The translations under genes were made by a program, and so were the position numbers. This document shows positions 9,571-17,041 of a stretch of 64,000 bases of DNA, one piece after another. The stretch covers positions 1 to 64,000 of the IMG/VR virus record IMGVR_UViG_3300037602_000018; one strand, 5' to 3'. The notes under the pieces were generated by a model, which saw only the letters and a program-made list of their open reading frames with translations, did not search any database and was not told the DNA's origin. Each line of letters begins with the position of its first letter. Position 1 is the first letter of the stretch. This stretch comes from a virus (lineage: Duplodnaviria > Caudoviricetes).

Positions 9571-9834
9571 ATGAAAATAGTAACAGAATTAGGAAACAAG
9601 TACTCTCGTGGAAGTTTTGAAGACTACACAAGGAGAGCAAAAATATGTATGGAGACCAATGAAGGACATACACACCAAATAGATATTTACACAACTGACA
9701 CGAACAAGGAAAGTGTAGAAATGTTTTTGCGAAGCCGAGCAAGTGAAAAAGTAAGTGACTTGAAAATAACCTATTGGGCAACAAGAGAAGCTGATGATAG
9801 TGCTTCAAAACTTATTGAGGATTGGCTTAATTAG
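9571..9834 (+). CDS. Cassette-borne hypothetical protein
   Basis: 87 aa, inside the first GTT...AAC module. Confidence 0.7.
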   Translation: MKIVTELGNKYSRGSFEDYTRRAKICMETNEGHTHQIDIYTTDTNKESVEMFLRSRASEKVSDLKITYWATREADDSASKLIEDWLN

Positions 9835-9860
9835 AAATGCGGGAGCTTAATTTTTAAACT

Positions 9861-10061
9861 ATGGATTATTACAAAGAGACAGTAGATAAGATTCTATCTG
9901 AATTATCAATAGCTGGAAATTTCACAATTTTCATTTGGATATTATTTCAGCGACACAAGTTCAATAAAATACATTCTCTTGTAGAACAAGGCATGGCCGT
10001 GAAATTTGCGTTCAGAGAAGCTAAAAAATTGAAGCGGAGCGTTTCGACCGAAGGCAATTAA
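9861..10061 (+). CDS. Cassette-borne hypothetical protein
   Basis: 66 aa; stop abuts GCCCTAAC. Confidence 0.6.
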   Translation: MDYYKETVDKILSELSIAGNFTIFIWILFQRHKFNKIHSLVEQGMAVKFAFREAKKLKRSVSTEGN

Positions 10062-10062
10062 G

Positions 10063-10157
10063 CCCTAACGTTTTGCGTATATGAGCAGTACGCAAAACAA
10101 GAACTTTAAAATTAAATATAAACCTTAATAGCGTATTGCTTATATACGCTGTTAGCA
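10063..10157. repeat. attC-like site 1
   Basis: CCCTAAC-gtttt-GCGTATATGAGCAGTACGC...GCGTATTGCTTATATACGC-t-GTTAGCA; 19-bp arms with two G.T pairs. Confidence 0.8.
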
Positions 10158-10170
10158 AACGTTTTTAAAT

Positions 10171-10323
10171 ATGGAATTTGATGAATCAAAACAAGAAGAC
10201 CCTAAATACTTGATTGAATATTACAAGTCAAGAATCGAAATATGGAAAAACCATCCCAAGGGGAAGAAGATAGTAGATAGATACAAGAAAGCAGTTGAAA
10301 GACTTTCTGTAAATGTTTGCTAA
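10171..10323 (+). CDS. Cassette-borne 50-aa protein (below ORF-track cutoff)
   Basis: MEFDESKQEDPKYLIEYYKSRIEIW...VNVC; its TAA lies within the GCTAAC box. Confidence 0.7.
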   Translation: MEFDESKQEDPKYLIEYYKSRIEIWKNHPKGKKIVDRYKKAVERLSVNVC

Positions 10324-10439
10324 CGGTTGCGTGTATGAAACGTTGCCAACACAATTGTTAATAAAATGAACAGAATTATAAAATTAGTATAAACTTAAAA
10401 AAGACCACGAAAGGCAATGTTTTATACACGTTGTTATGT
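10318..10439. repeat. attC-like site 2
   Basis: TGCTAAC-ggttg-CGTGTATGAAACGTTGCC...GGCAATGTTTTATACACG-tt-GTTATGT. Confidence 0.8.
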
Positions 10440-10452
10440 GGCGTTAATTATT

Positions 10453-10611
10453 ATGAGAACATTAGTAAATTACATCATACAAATTTTTTGCAAACATGAC
10501 TTTGAAATAGAAGATACGTTTGTAACAACAGATTACGGTAAACAAGGTGGAAAACGATATTTATATTGCAAAAAATGTGGATACCACACTAAACACTGGA
10601 AGCACGTTTAA
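10453..10611 (+). CDS. Cassette-borne small Cys/His (Zn-finger-like) protein
   Basis: MRTLVNYIIQIFCKHDF...YCKKCG; ATG 10453 preferred over 10417. Confidence 0.7.
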   Translation: MRTLVNYIIQIFCKHDFEIEDTFVTTDYGKQGGKRYLYCKKCGYHTKHWKHV

Positions 10612-10615
10612 TGCC

Positions 10616-10817
10616 ACATAACGCCTACGGCTATGTTGTCGTTGCGATTTATTAACAAATAATGATATTGAAATGAAAAACTTTGAAGAACTAAAAGAAG
10701 CTATAAAAAGCAATAGCTTTAATGAAAGCCACCTAAGTAGCACACAAGTAGTTGACTTAGAAACGGTAATTGCATTAATAGAGGATTTTGAGCAATGCAA
10801 TATAGCTAATGTTGTAA
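10616..10817. repeat. attC-like site 3 (ORF start inside loop)
   Basis: ACATAAC-gcctac-GGCTATGTTG(T)CGTTGC...GCAATGCAATATAGCT-aat-GTTGTAA. Confidence 0.75.
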
Positions 10818-10918
10818 AACCGAAGGGAACGTTACCCGTTTCACTGCTTGATATTTCACAAGATGAATGGATTGAAAACTGTGAGCGTATTTTCGGAGGA
10901 AGCCCAAACAAAGGGTAA
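10673..10918 (+). CDS. Cassette ORF reading through the GTT box
   Basis: ...CNIAN-VVKPKGTL...; GTT 10811 is an in-frame Val codon. Confidence 0.7.
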   Translation: MKNFEELKEAIKSNSFNESHLSSTQVVDLETVIALIEDFEQCNIANVVKPKGTLPVSLLDISQDEWIENCERIFGGSPNKG

Positions 10919-10922
10919 TGTT

Positions 10923-11155
10923 TTACAACGGTTTGTGTAAACGTCTGTAAATTAAAATTACTACAATGGATAAAATAGAATTAGCAAAGTGGCTTCACGA
11001 TAACTATGAAGAAGTTGCAAAAGAGCAAAATTGGAACACGCAAGAAAATTGCAAAGTAGAATTTGACACTTTGCCTGACGCTAATAAGCGAACAATGATT
11101 GAAATAGCGGAAAGACTTCTCAATTTTAATTTATTGCGTTTACATTTTGTTGTAG
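10923..11155. repeat. attC-like site 4 (ORF start inside loop)
   Basis: TTACAAC-ggttt-GTGTAAACGTCTGTAAATTAAAATT...AATTTTAATTTATTGCGTTTACAT-ttt-GTTGTAG. Confidence 0.8.
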
Positions 11156-11253
11156 GGCGAAGCGAACAGTTGCCCGAAAGTGAAAAACTATGCAGAAATA
11201 ACCAAAACTTTAAGTGTAATTGTGATTGGCGAAAAGAGTGCCCTAACTTTTAA
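10966..11253 (+). CDS. Cassette ORF reading through the GTT box
   Basis: ...LRLHF-VVGRSEQL... with a Cys-rich tail; GTT 11149 in frame. Confidence 0.75.
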   Translation: MDKIELAKWLHDNYEEVAKEQNWNTQENCKVEFDTLPDANKRTMIEIAERLLNFNLLRLHFVVGRSEQLPESEKLCRNNQNFKCNCDWRKECPNF

Positions 11254-11263
11254 GGGCAATTGC

Positions 11264-11397
11264 CTACAACGGTTAAGTATAAAAATAGTTTATTATGAGA
11301 AGTAAAACAGCAAAAAGAATATTAGAAGAAACTCCGCAAGAAGTAAAAGACAAAGTGCAAGACTATGCTAATAAATTGATTTTATACAATGTTAGCC
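11264..11397. repeat. attC-like site 5 (ORF start at loop edge)
   Basis: CTACAAC-ggttaa-GTATAAAAATAGTTTATTA...TAATAAATTGATTTTATAC-aat-GTTAGCC. Confidence 0.8.
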
Positions 11398-11516
11398 AAC
11401 AACGTGAACTGTTAATTGCGTATGAAAAGAACCATTATACACCACAAGAATGGGCTTTAGCAAGTAAGCAATGTATTGAAGATATAGACAACTTCTTAGC
11501 AATTAATTGTGGCTAA
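11295..11516 (+). CDS. Cassette ORF reading through the GTT box
   Basis: ...LILYN-VSQQRELL...; GTT 11391 in frame; stop TAA inside GGCTAAC. Confidence 0.75.
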   Translation: MRSKTAKRILEETPQEVKDKVQDYANKLILYNVSQQRELLIAYEKNHYTPQEWALASKQCIEDIDNFLAINCG

Positions 11517-11600
11517 CGGTTTGTGTATGTGCCGTGCAAACCACTAAAGATTGAATTACGGCACTAACTTTCGCTGCATGGCATATACACTTTGTTGTGC
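11511..11600. repeat. attC-like site 6
   Basis: GGCTAAC-ggttt-GTGTATGTGCCGTGCA...TGCATGGCATATACAC-ttt-GTTGTGC. Confidence 0.8.
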
Positions 11601-11626
11601 GTATGTGGCGGTTTAAAAGAACGAAA

Positions 11627-11827
11627 ATGAGTTTATTATACAAACCAAAAGAAGAACAGACTACTACTTGCGAAATAAAGCAGGAAGATGGTAGAGTAGT
11701 TTTAGACTTCTACTCTGATTGTGGAAAGTTCGGAACTGATGAAATGCTTGACGGCTACAAATTAACGCCAGAAAGATTGTTGCAGATTTTACAGGATAGG
11801 GATGATTACTCCGAAGACGAATTGTAG
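11627..11827 (+). CDS. Cassette-borne acidic hypothetical protein
   Basis: MSLLYKPKEE...; frame is open back to GTT 11594. Confidence 0.7.
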   Translation: MSLLYKPKEEQTTTCEIKQEDGRVVLDFYSDCGKFGTDEMLDGYKLTPERLLQILQDRDDYSEDEL

Positions 11828-11834
11828 CCATTAC

Positions 11835-11852
11835 GCACAACTTTTGTTGTAG
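11835..11852. repeat. Collapsed attC-like site 7
   Basis: GCACAAC-tttt-GTTGTAG: both boxes kept, internal arms absent. Confidence 0.65.
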
Positions 11853-11871
11853 CATCGTAAAGCGAACGATT

Positions 11872-12006
11872 ATGAAAGAAAAGAGCGGATATAAAAGAGA
11901 ATGTTTAAGTACTCGTTTTGATGAGTGGAGAATGAGATGGGTGAGAAAATGGAAATACACTTGGTCTGATGGCACAATAGAAATTAAACACACTTATAGC
12001 AAGTGA
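11872..12006 (+). CDS. Cassette-borne 44-aa Trp-rich protein (below ORF-track cutoff)
   Basis: MKEKSGYKRECLSTRFDEWRMRWVRKWKYTWSDGTIEIKHTYSK fills the module 11846-12022. Confidence 0.65.
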   Translation: MKEKSGYKRECLSTRFDEWRMRWVRKWKYTWSDGTIEIKHTYSK

Positions 12007-12015
12007 GCGTATGTG

Positions 12016-12143
12016 CTACAACGGTTTGGATAAACAGCGTTTAATTATGAAAAAGAAGAAATTAACAATCATAGCAGCCCATGATAGAGGAAGAACAACG
12101 GTGGCAAAACAAGCCATTAAATGCGGTTTATCTGTTGTTGTAA
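12016..12143. repeat. attC-like site 8 (ORF start at loop edge)
   Basis: CTACAAC-ggttt-GGATAAACAGCGTTTAAT...ATTAAATGCGGTTTATCT-gtt-GTTGTAA. Confidence 0.8.
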
Positions 12144-12229
12144 AATCGGGTTGTCGATATTGTAGTGGAAACAATATTCTCAGCTTCGACAATGATAAGT
12201 ACTGTAAGGATTGTGACAAGATGTTGTAA
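12047..12229 (+). CDS. Cassette ORF reading through the GTT box; C-terminal CxxC...CxxC Zn ribbon
   Basis: MKKKKLTII...GLSV-VVKSGCRYC...CKDC; GTT 12137 in frame. Confidence 0.7.
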   Translation: MKKKKLTIIAAHDRGRTTVAKQAIKCGLSVVVKSGCRYCSGNNILSFDNDKYCKDCDKML

Positions 12230-12240
12230 GGCAAACTGTT

Positions 12241-12382
12241 TTACAACGGTGAAGGTATGGATAGTTATTTACCGATTTAAAAGATAAAATTATGACAAAA
12301 GAACAAGTATTAGATGCAGTAGAAAAAGCAATAGATAAAGCCTTTGAGCGAGGTAAAGAATTATCTATACATAGTGTTAGCG
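12241..12382. repeat. attC-like site 9 (ORF start inside loop)
   Basis: TTACAAC-ggtgaag-GTATGGATAGTT...AATTATCTATAC-atagt-GTTAGCG. Confidence 0.75.
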
Positions 12383-12525
12383 ATTGTTTTTCTTTTGCTA
12401 AATACTTAAATGAAAACTTCCACTACTTTGATAATACAGATGTAGGTGATGTTTACAAAGATAATGATGGGCAAGGACTTTATTCTGAAAAGGACATTTA
12501 TGATGAGTGGTTAAATAATCGCTAA
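12292..12525 (+). CDS. Cassette ORF reading through the GTT box
   Basis: ...LSIHS-VSDCFSF...; GTT 12376 in frame; stop TAA inside CGCTAAC. Confidence 0.75.
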   Translation: MTKEQVLDAVEKAIDKAFERGKELSIHSVSDCFSFAKYLNENFHYFDNTDVGDVYKDNDGQGLYSEKDIYDEWLNNR

Positions 12526-12843
12526 CTACAATATAAACAACGTTTAAAAATACAACCATGCATGTTTATTAAAATTATATTCAAATTATATTCAAATGTT
12601 AAATAAATCAGATGAAGTACCTAAATTAGAATTTTTTACTAAAGACGAACAAATTAAATTTCTTAATTTAAGAATAGAAGCTTTAGAAAAAAGAGTAAAA
12701 ATACTTGAAAATGAAAAAACAAAGAAAGAAATATAAATTTAAAAATCAGATAATTATTGCTGATAATCATTGGGGAGCATGGAATGTAGCTTGTAATATT
12801 AGTAATGAATCAGTTAAATTATGTGATATAAAACTTATAGAAG

Positions 12844-13941
12844 ATGAAGATTCATGAAAAGAAAACTAAAATACAAAATAAAGCTATAGATATATGGTTT
12901 AAAATTAAGAGAGCATGTCTTGTAATGTGTACGGGATCTGGTAAATCTAAGGTTGGTGTGGATATAATTACTAGTGGATATTATAAAAATCCTTTAATAG
13001 TTGTACCTACTGAAAAACTTAGAGACGATAGGTGGCCTGAAGAATTTGCTAAATGGGGACATAAGTCTGATTGGGTAGATAGAGAATGTTATGCTTCTTT
13101 ACACAAAATAGATTTAAATAAGTATGATTTAATTGTTTTTGATGAAGCACATAATTTAACTCCATTAAACAGTCAAAACTTTGATAATTATAAAGGAGAT
13201 ATATTAGGATTAACAGCTACGCCACCTAGAGATGAAAAAAAGAAAGAGATATTTAAAAAATATATACCAATAGTATTTGAATATCATTTAGATGAGGCTG
13301 TAAAAGATGGTGTAGTTGCTCCTTATAAAATAAATGTAGTACAGTTTAACTTAGAATCTAAAGTTAAGACTATTAGAATTAAAACTAAAAAATATGATTT
13401 TATGAGTACTGAAAGACAAAGTTATGAAAGTCTTTCAAGAAAAATAGATCAAATTATATTTGCTGGTAAAGATTCTAAATTTATGGCTTTAGCTAGAATG
13501 AGATTTCTATATAATTTAGAAACTAAAGTAAAATATGGGATTAAAATTCTTAATAAATATATGAAGAATGATAGATCAATCATATTTGCTGGTAGTATTA
13601 AACAAGCTGAGAAATTGTGTAAACATACATTTCATTCAAAAACTACAGATGAGAGTTATAAATTATTTAAATCTGGTAAAATAAATAAAATTGGTACAGT
13701 TAATAAATTAAATGAAGGAGCTGATTTAGAAGGATTAGATTCTGCATTAATATTAGCTACTAACTCTAATCCTATTACTCTTATTCAAAGAATTGGTAGA
13801 ATTGTTCGTATTAGAGATAATCATCAGGCAATTATATGGATTTTATGTGCCAGAAATACACAAGAAGAAAAATGGATTTCTAAAGCTACCAGTCAATTAG
13901 ATAGTGTTAATATTAATTATTTAAATATAGAGGATTTATGA
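12844..13941 (+). CDS. Superfamily 2 helicase
   Basis: TGSGKS, DEAH, GLTATP and QRIGRIVR motifs. Confidence 0.9.
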   Translation: MKIHEKKTKIQNKAIDIWFKIKRACLVMCTGSGKSKVGVDIITSGYYKNPLIVVPTEKLRDDRWPEEFAKWGHKSDWVDRECYASLHKIDLNKYDLIVFDEAHNLTPLNSQNFDNYKGDILGLTATPPRDEKKKEIFKKYIPIVFEYHLDEAVKDGVVAPYKINVVQFNLESKVKTIRIKTKKYDFMSTERQSYESLSRKIDQIIFAGKDSKFMALARMRFLYNLETKVKYGIKILNKYMKNDRSIIFAGSIKQAEKLCKHTFHSKTTDESYKLFKSGKINKIGTVNKLNEGADLEGLDSALILATNSNPITLIQRIGRIVRIRDNHQAIIWILCARNTQEEKWISKATSQLDSVNINYLNIEDL

Positions 13942-14083
13942 AAACAATAACAATTATTTGTGAAATATTAATTATAATCAACATTATTATAAATATTATT
14001 GATTATAAAGATAGTACTAGTATTAGTGCTATTTTAGGATGGTTTTGCGCATTAATATGGTTAATTATAGCAACAAATAAATA

Positions 14084-14284
14084 ATGGAAATACAATATCT
14101 TGTTTCATCTGTTTTAGAATTATACTATGACGATGATATTCAAACTTTAGATGATTTACAATTTTATATTTATGAACAATATGATGAGATGATAGATAAA
14201 GAAATTTTAAAATTATATTTTAATGAGAAAATTAGAATGGATGAGGAAGATATTAAGTTACAATATAAACATATAGGATTATAA
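14084..14284 (+). CDS. Acidic hypothetical protein
   Basis: ORF in operon. Confidence 0.55.
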   Translation: MEIQYLVSSVLELYYDDDIQTLDDLQFYIYEQYDEMIDKEILKLYFNEKIRMDEEDIKLQYKHIGL

Positions 14285-14791
14285 ATGATAATAATAGACG
14301 AGATAGAAGATACTTCTATAAATGAACTATGTCTGTTATATCTGTTGAAACAAAATAAATTAAAAGAAACTATGAAATCTTTATCAGAGAAAGGTTATTT
14401 CAGAAATGGAGTAACCTCATCTGGTGAGATTGAAATGAAGCTAGGTATTAAACACAAAAAAACTGATACAGATACAATAAGAAATTTAGCTTCAAATTAT
14501 AGAAAATTATTTAGAGGTAAGAAACCTGGTGTAATGAGTTCGATGGAGGCTTGTATGTTAGTTTTAAGAGAGTTTAAACAAACTTATGACTATACAGATG
14601 AAGAAATTCTAAAAGCTGCTGAGAACTACGTTAAATCACAAATTAAAAATGGTTATGAATATTTACAAAGAGCAGACAGAGTAGTATATAATGTTGAGAA
14701 TGGAGTACCAGTATCAAAATTATTAGCTTTTTGTGATGAATTAGAATTAGAAAATAATGGAGGAGAAGAAGAATGGACAGACATTATTTAG
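14285..14791 (+). CDS. Hypothetical protein upstream of the replicative helicase
   Basis: 168 aa; overlaps the helicase start. Confidence 0.6.
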   Translation: MIIIDEIEDTSINELCLLYLLKQNKLKETMKSLSEKGYFRNGVTSSGEIEMKLGIKHKKTDTDTIRNLASNYRKLFRGKKPGVMSSMEACMLVLREFKQTYDYTDEEILKAAENYVKSQIKNGYEYLQRADRVVYNVENGVPVSKLLAFCDELELENNGGEEEWTDII

Positions 14792-15947
14792 TAAATTTCT
14801 AAATAAAGTTAAAGATTATAAAAATAATAGGGAGCAAGGTAAATTTAATTGTATTCCACTTCCATTTGAAAGATTAACACAAATAATTCCTGGATTTCAA
14901 CAAGGTACAAATATAATAATAACAGCAAATAGTGGAGTAGGTAAAAGTTTACTTACAAAATATATGACTGTATTCTGGCCTTATATATGGTGTAAAGAAA
15001 ATCCTGAGTCTGGCATTAGTTTTAAATCTATTTATTTTGCTTTAGAAGAATCTAAAGAAGAATTTATAGCTTCAGCAACATCATTTTTTCTACATTATTA
15101 TAAAAATATTAAAGTAAGTCCTGATGATATATTATCAATGCATAAAGATACTATTTTAGATAATAATACTTTACAAGCTATTGAGGAATTAGGGCCTATT
15201 ATGGAAGATTTTTTATCTAAAGTAGATATACAAGATACTATAGGTAATGTTACAGGTGCATACAAATATGTAAGACAATATGCTACAGATAATGGTACAC
15301 ATCATTACAAAACTATAAAAATAGATGGACAAGATGTAGAAGTATATTCTCACTACGAACCTAATGACCCAGACGAATATATGTTTATACAATCAGATCA
15401 TGATAGTTTATGGAATCCAGAATCAGGAGAATCTCTTCATAATACAATGAGTAAATGGTCTGCTACATATGGTAGAAAACAAATAACTAAACATTTCAAT
15501 TATATTTCAGTAAATGTCCAACAACAAAATGCTGCTTCAGAACAACAACAATACGACAATAAGGGAAATCCTATTTTTAATAAATTAAGACCAAGTCTAT
15601 CAGAATTAGCTGATAATAAACTTACTGCCAGAAATGCATTTTTGGTATTTGGATTATTTGCTCCAGACAGATATGAGATTCCTACATATAATGGATATAA
15701 TATCTATAAAATGAAAGATAACTATAGAAGTCTTTCAGTATTAAAAAATAGGAGAGGTAGGTCAAGTATTGAAACATCATTATATTTTGATGGTGCTACT
15801 TGTAATTTTAAAGAATTACCAAGAGTAAGTAAATCTGAATTATCAGCAACAATAGATGGAATGCCTGAAGATAAATGGTATGAATTATTTAAAAAAGATA
15901 AAGATTTCTTTTGGAAAAATAAACAACAAACATTATTTACAACATGA
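14757..15947 (+). CDS. DnaB-like (SF4) replicative helicase
   Basis: Walker A ANSGVGKS, YFALEES, SDH, and C-terminal VLKNRRG. Confidence 0.8.
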   Translation: MEEKKNGQTLFSKFLNKVKDYKNNREQGKFNCIPLPFERLTQIIPGFQQGTNIIITANSGVGKSLLTKYMTVFWPYIWCKENPESGISFKSIYFALEESKEEFIASATSFFLHYYKNIKVSPDDILSMHKDTILDNNTLQAIEELGPIMEDFLSKVDIQDTIGNVTGAYKYVRQYATDNGTHHYKTIKIDGQDVEVYSHYEPNDPDEYMFIQSDHDSLWNPESGESLHNTMSKWSATYGRKQITKHFNYISVNVQQQNAASEQQQYDNKGNPIFNKLRPSLSELADNKLTARNAFLVFGLFAPDRYEIPTYNGYNIYKMKDNYRSLSVLKNRRGRSSIETSLYFDGATCNFKELPRVSKSELSATIDGMPEDKWYELFKKDKDFFWKNKQQTLFTT

Positions 15948-16204
15948 AAGAACATTTAAATAAAGCAATTGGAATATTGGATAGTTATATATCTACAGAG
16001 TCAGAAGGATATATTATTTTATATAAAGGAAAACAAATTAAATTACCTAGTGGTAAGAGTATATGGAGTAAGAAAAATCATGCTAGTGCAGCATTAACTA
16101 ATTCTTTATATGGACATTTTAGTAAATATAGACATGGTATTACTCCTTCAGAAGTTACTAAATTACTTATTAAAGAAGGTTTAATTGAAGTTAAAAAATT
16201 ATGA
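15944..16204 (+). CDS. Hypothetical protein
   Basis: ATGA overlaps at both ends. Confidence 0.65.
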   Translation: MKEHLNKAIGILDSYISTESEGYIILYKGKQIKLPSGKSIWSKKNHASAALTNSLYGHFSKYRHGITPSEVTKLLIKEGLIEVKKL

Positions 16205-17040
16205 AAATAAATAAATATCCAGATGGTAGTAGTTATGTACAAGGAAGTTCACTATTAAGTACAAATCACATTTTTAAAATAAATTCTTATGAAAATTTAT
16301 GGCAATTAAATCAATTTGTAGATTGTTTAAATAATCAAGGAATTACTCCTAATATTACTATTCCAAATCTTATAGATGCTCAAGCAGATAGAAGATTTCA
16401 GTTTAATCAATCTAGTGGTTTAAAATTAGTATGTAAGTTTCTTAATGAAATGAATGCTAAGTTTAAAATATTCCATCCACATAATCCTGAAGTTGTAGAA
16501 GCTTTAATGGATAATGTTGAGATTATTGATAATAATGAATTTATTACTAAGATATTATTAGAAAGTTTAATTAAAGATTGTCCAAGTATTTTACAAAATG
16601 GTATTAAAAATGATAATTTAATTTTAATGTCATCAGATGCAGGTGGGTTTAAACCTTTAATGAAATTATGTGATAAAATTAAATGGCAAGGGGAGACTTT
16701 TAGTGCTAGTAAAGCTAGAATGTCTAAAGGAATGACACAAATGATAGGATGTGAAGATTTTAACGGTAAAGATATTCTCATTATAGATGATATATGCGTT
16801 TACGGAGGTACTTTTAAAGGATTATCTCAGTTACTTAGAGAAAGAAATTGTGGTAAATTATATTTAGCAGTATCACATATGACTGTGCAAAATATAGGAG
16901 AAGACCCTGTAACTAATTACTTTGATAAGGTGTTTACTACTAATAGTAAGTATGATGAATACTTTACATATATTGGACAAGGATACGATGAAATAATGGG
17001 TGTAATACCAGAAAATTTAGAAATAATAAAAATGTTTTAA
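16201..17040 (+). CDS. Ribose-phosphate pyrophosphokinase-like protein (Prs/Adps-like)
   Basis: YPDGS, AQADRRF, HPHN, SDAGG, PRPP-binding loop LIIDDICVYGGTF, LAVSH. Confidence 0.85.
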   Translation: MKINKYPDGSSYVQGSSLLSTNHIFKINSYENLWQLNQFVDCLNNQGITPNITIPNLIDAQADRRFQFNQSSGLKLVCKFLNEMNAKFKIFHPHNPEVVEALMDNVEIIDNNEFITKILLESLIKDCPSILQNGIKNDNLILMSSDAGGFKPLMKLCDKIKWQGETFSASKARMSKGMTQMIGCEDFNGKDILIIDDICVYGGTFKGLSQLLRERNCGKLYLAVSHMTVQNIGEDPVTNYFDKVFTTNSKYDEYFTYIGQGYDEIMGVIPENLEIIKMF

Positions 17041-17041
17041 T

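Larger units (their letters stand above)
9480..12526. mobile_element. Integron-like cassette array (10 attC-like sites, 11 small ORFs, no integrase seen in window)
   Basis: Palindromes AAC...GTT at 9484-9539, 10067-10153, 10322-10435, 10620-10813, 10927-11151, 11268-11393, 11515-11596, 11839-11848 (collapsed), 12020-12139 and 12245-12378. Each GTT box is the reverse complement of the next AAC box. The island is visibly richer in GC and CpG than its flanks. Confidence 0.8.

Noticed and set aside
9480-12526. CRISPR array or simple tandem repeat
   Set aside because: The repeats share structure and AAC/GTT boxes but not sequence; spacing is irregular and the intervals are coding; no cas genes are seen.
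9480-12526. IS/MITE cluster, shufflon or DGR
   Set aside because: No transposase, invertase or reverse transcriptase was recognised. All ORFs share one orientation, there are no per-unit target duplications, and no TR/VR pair is evident.
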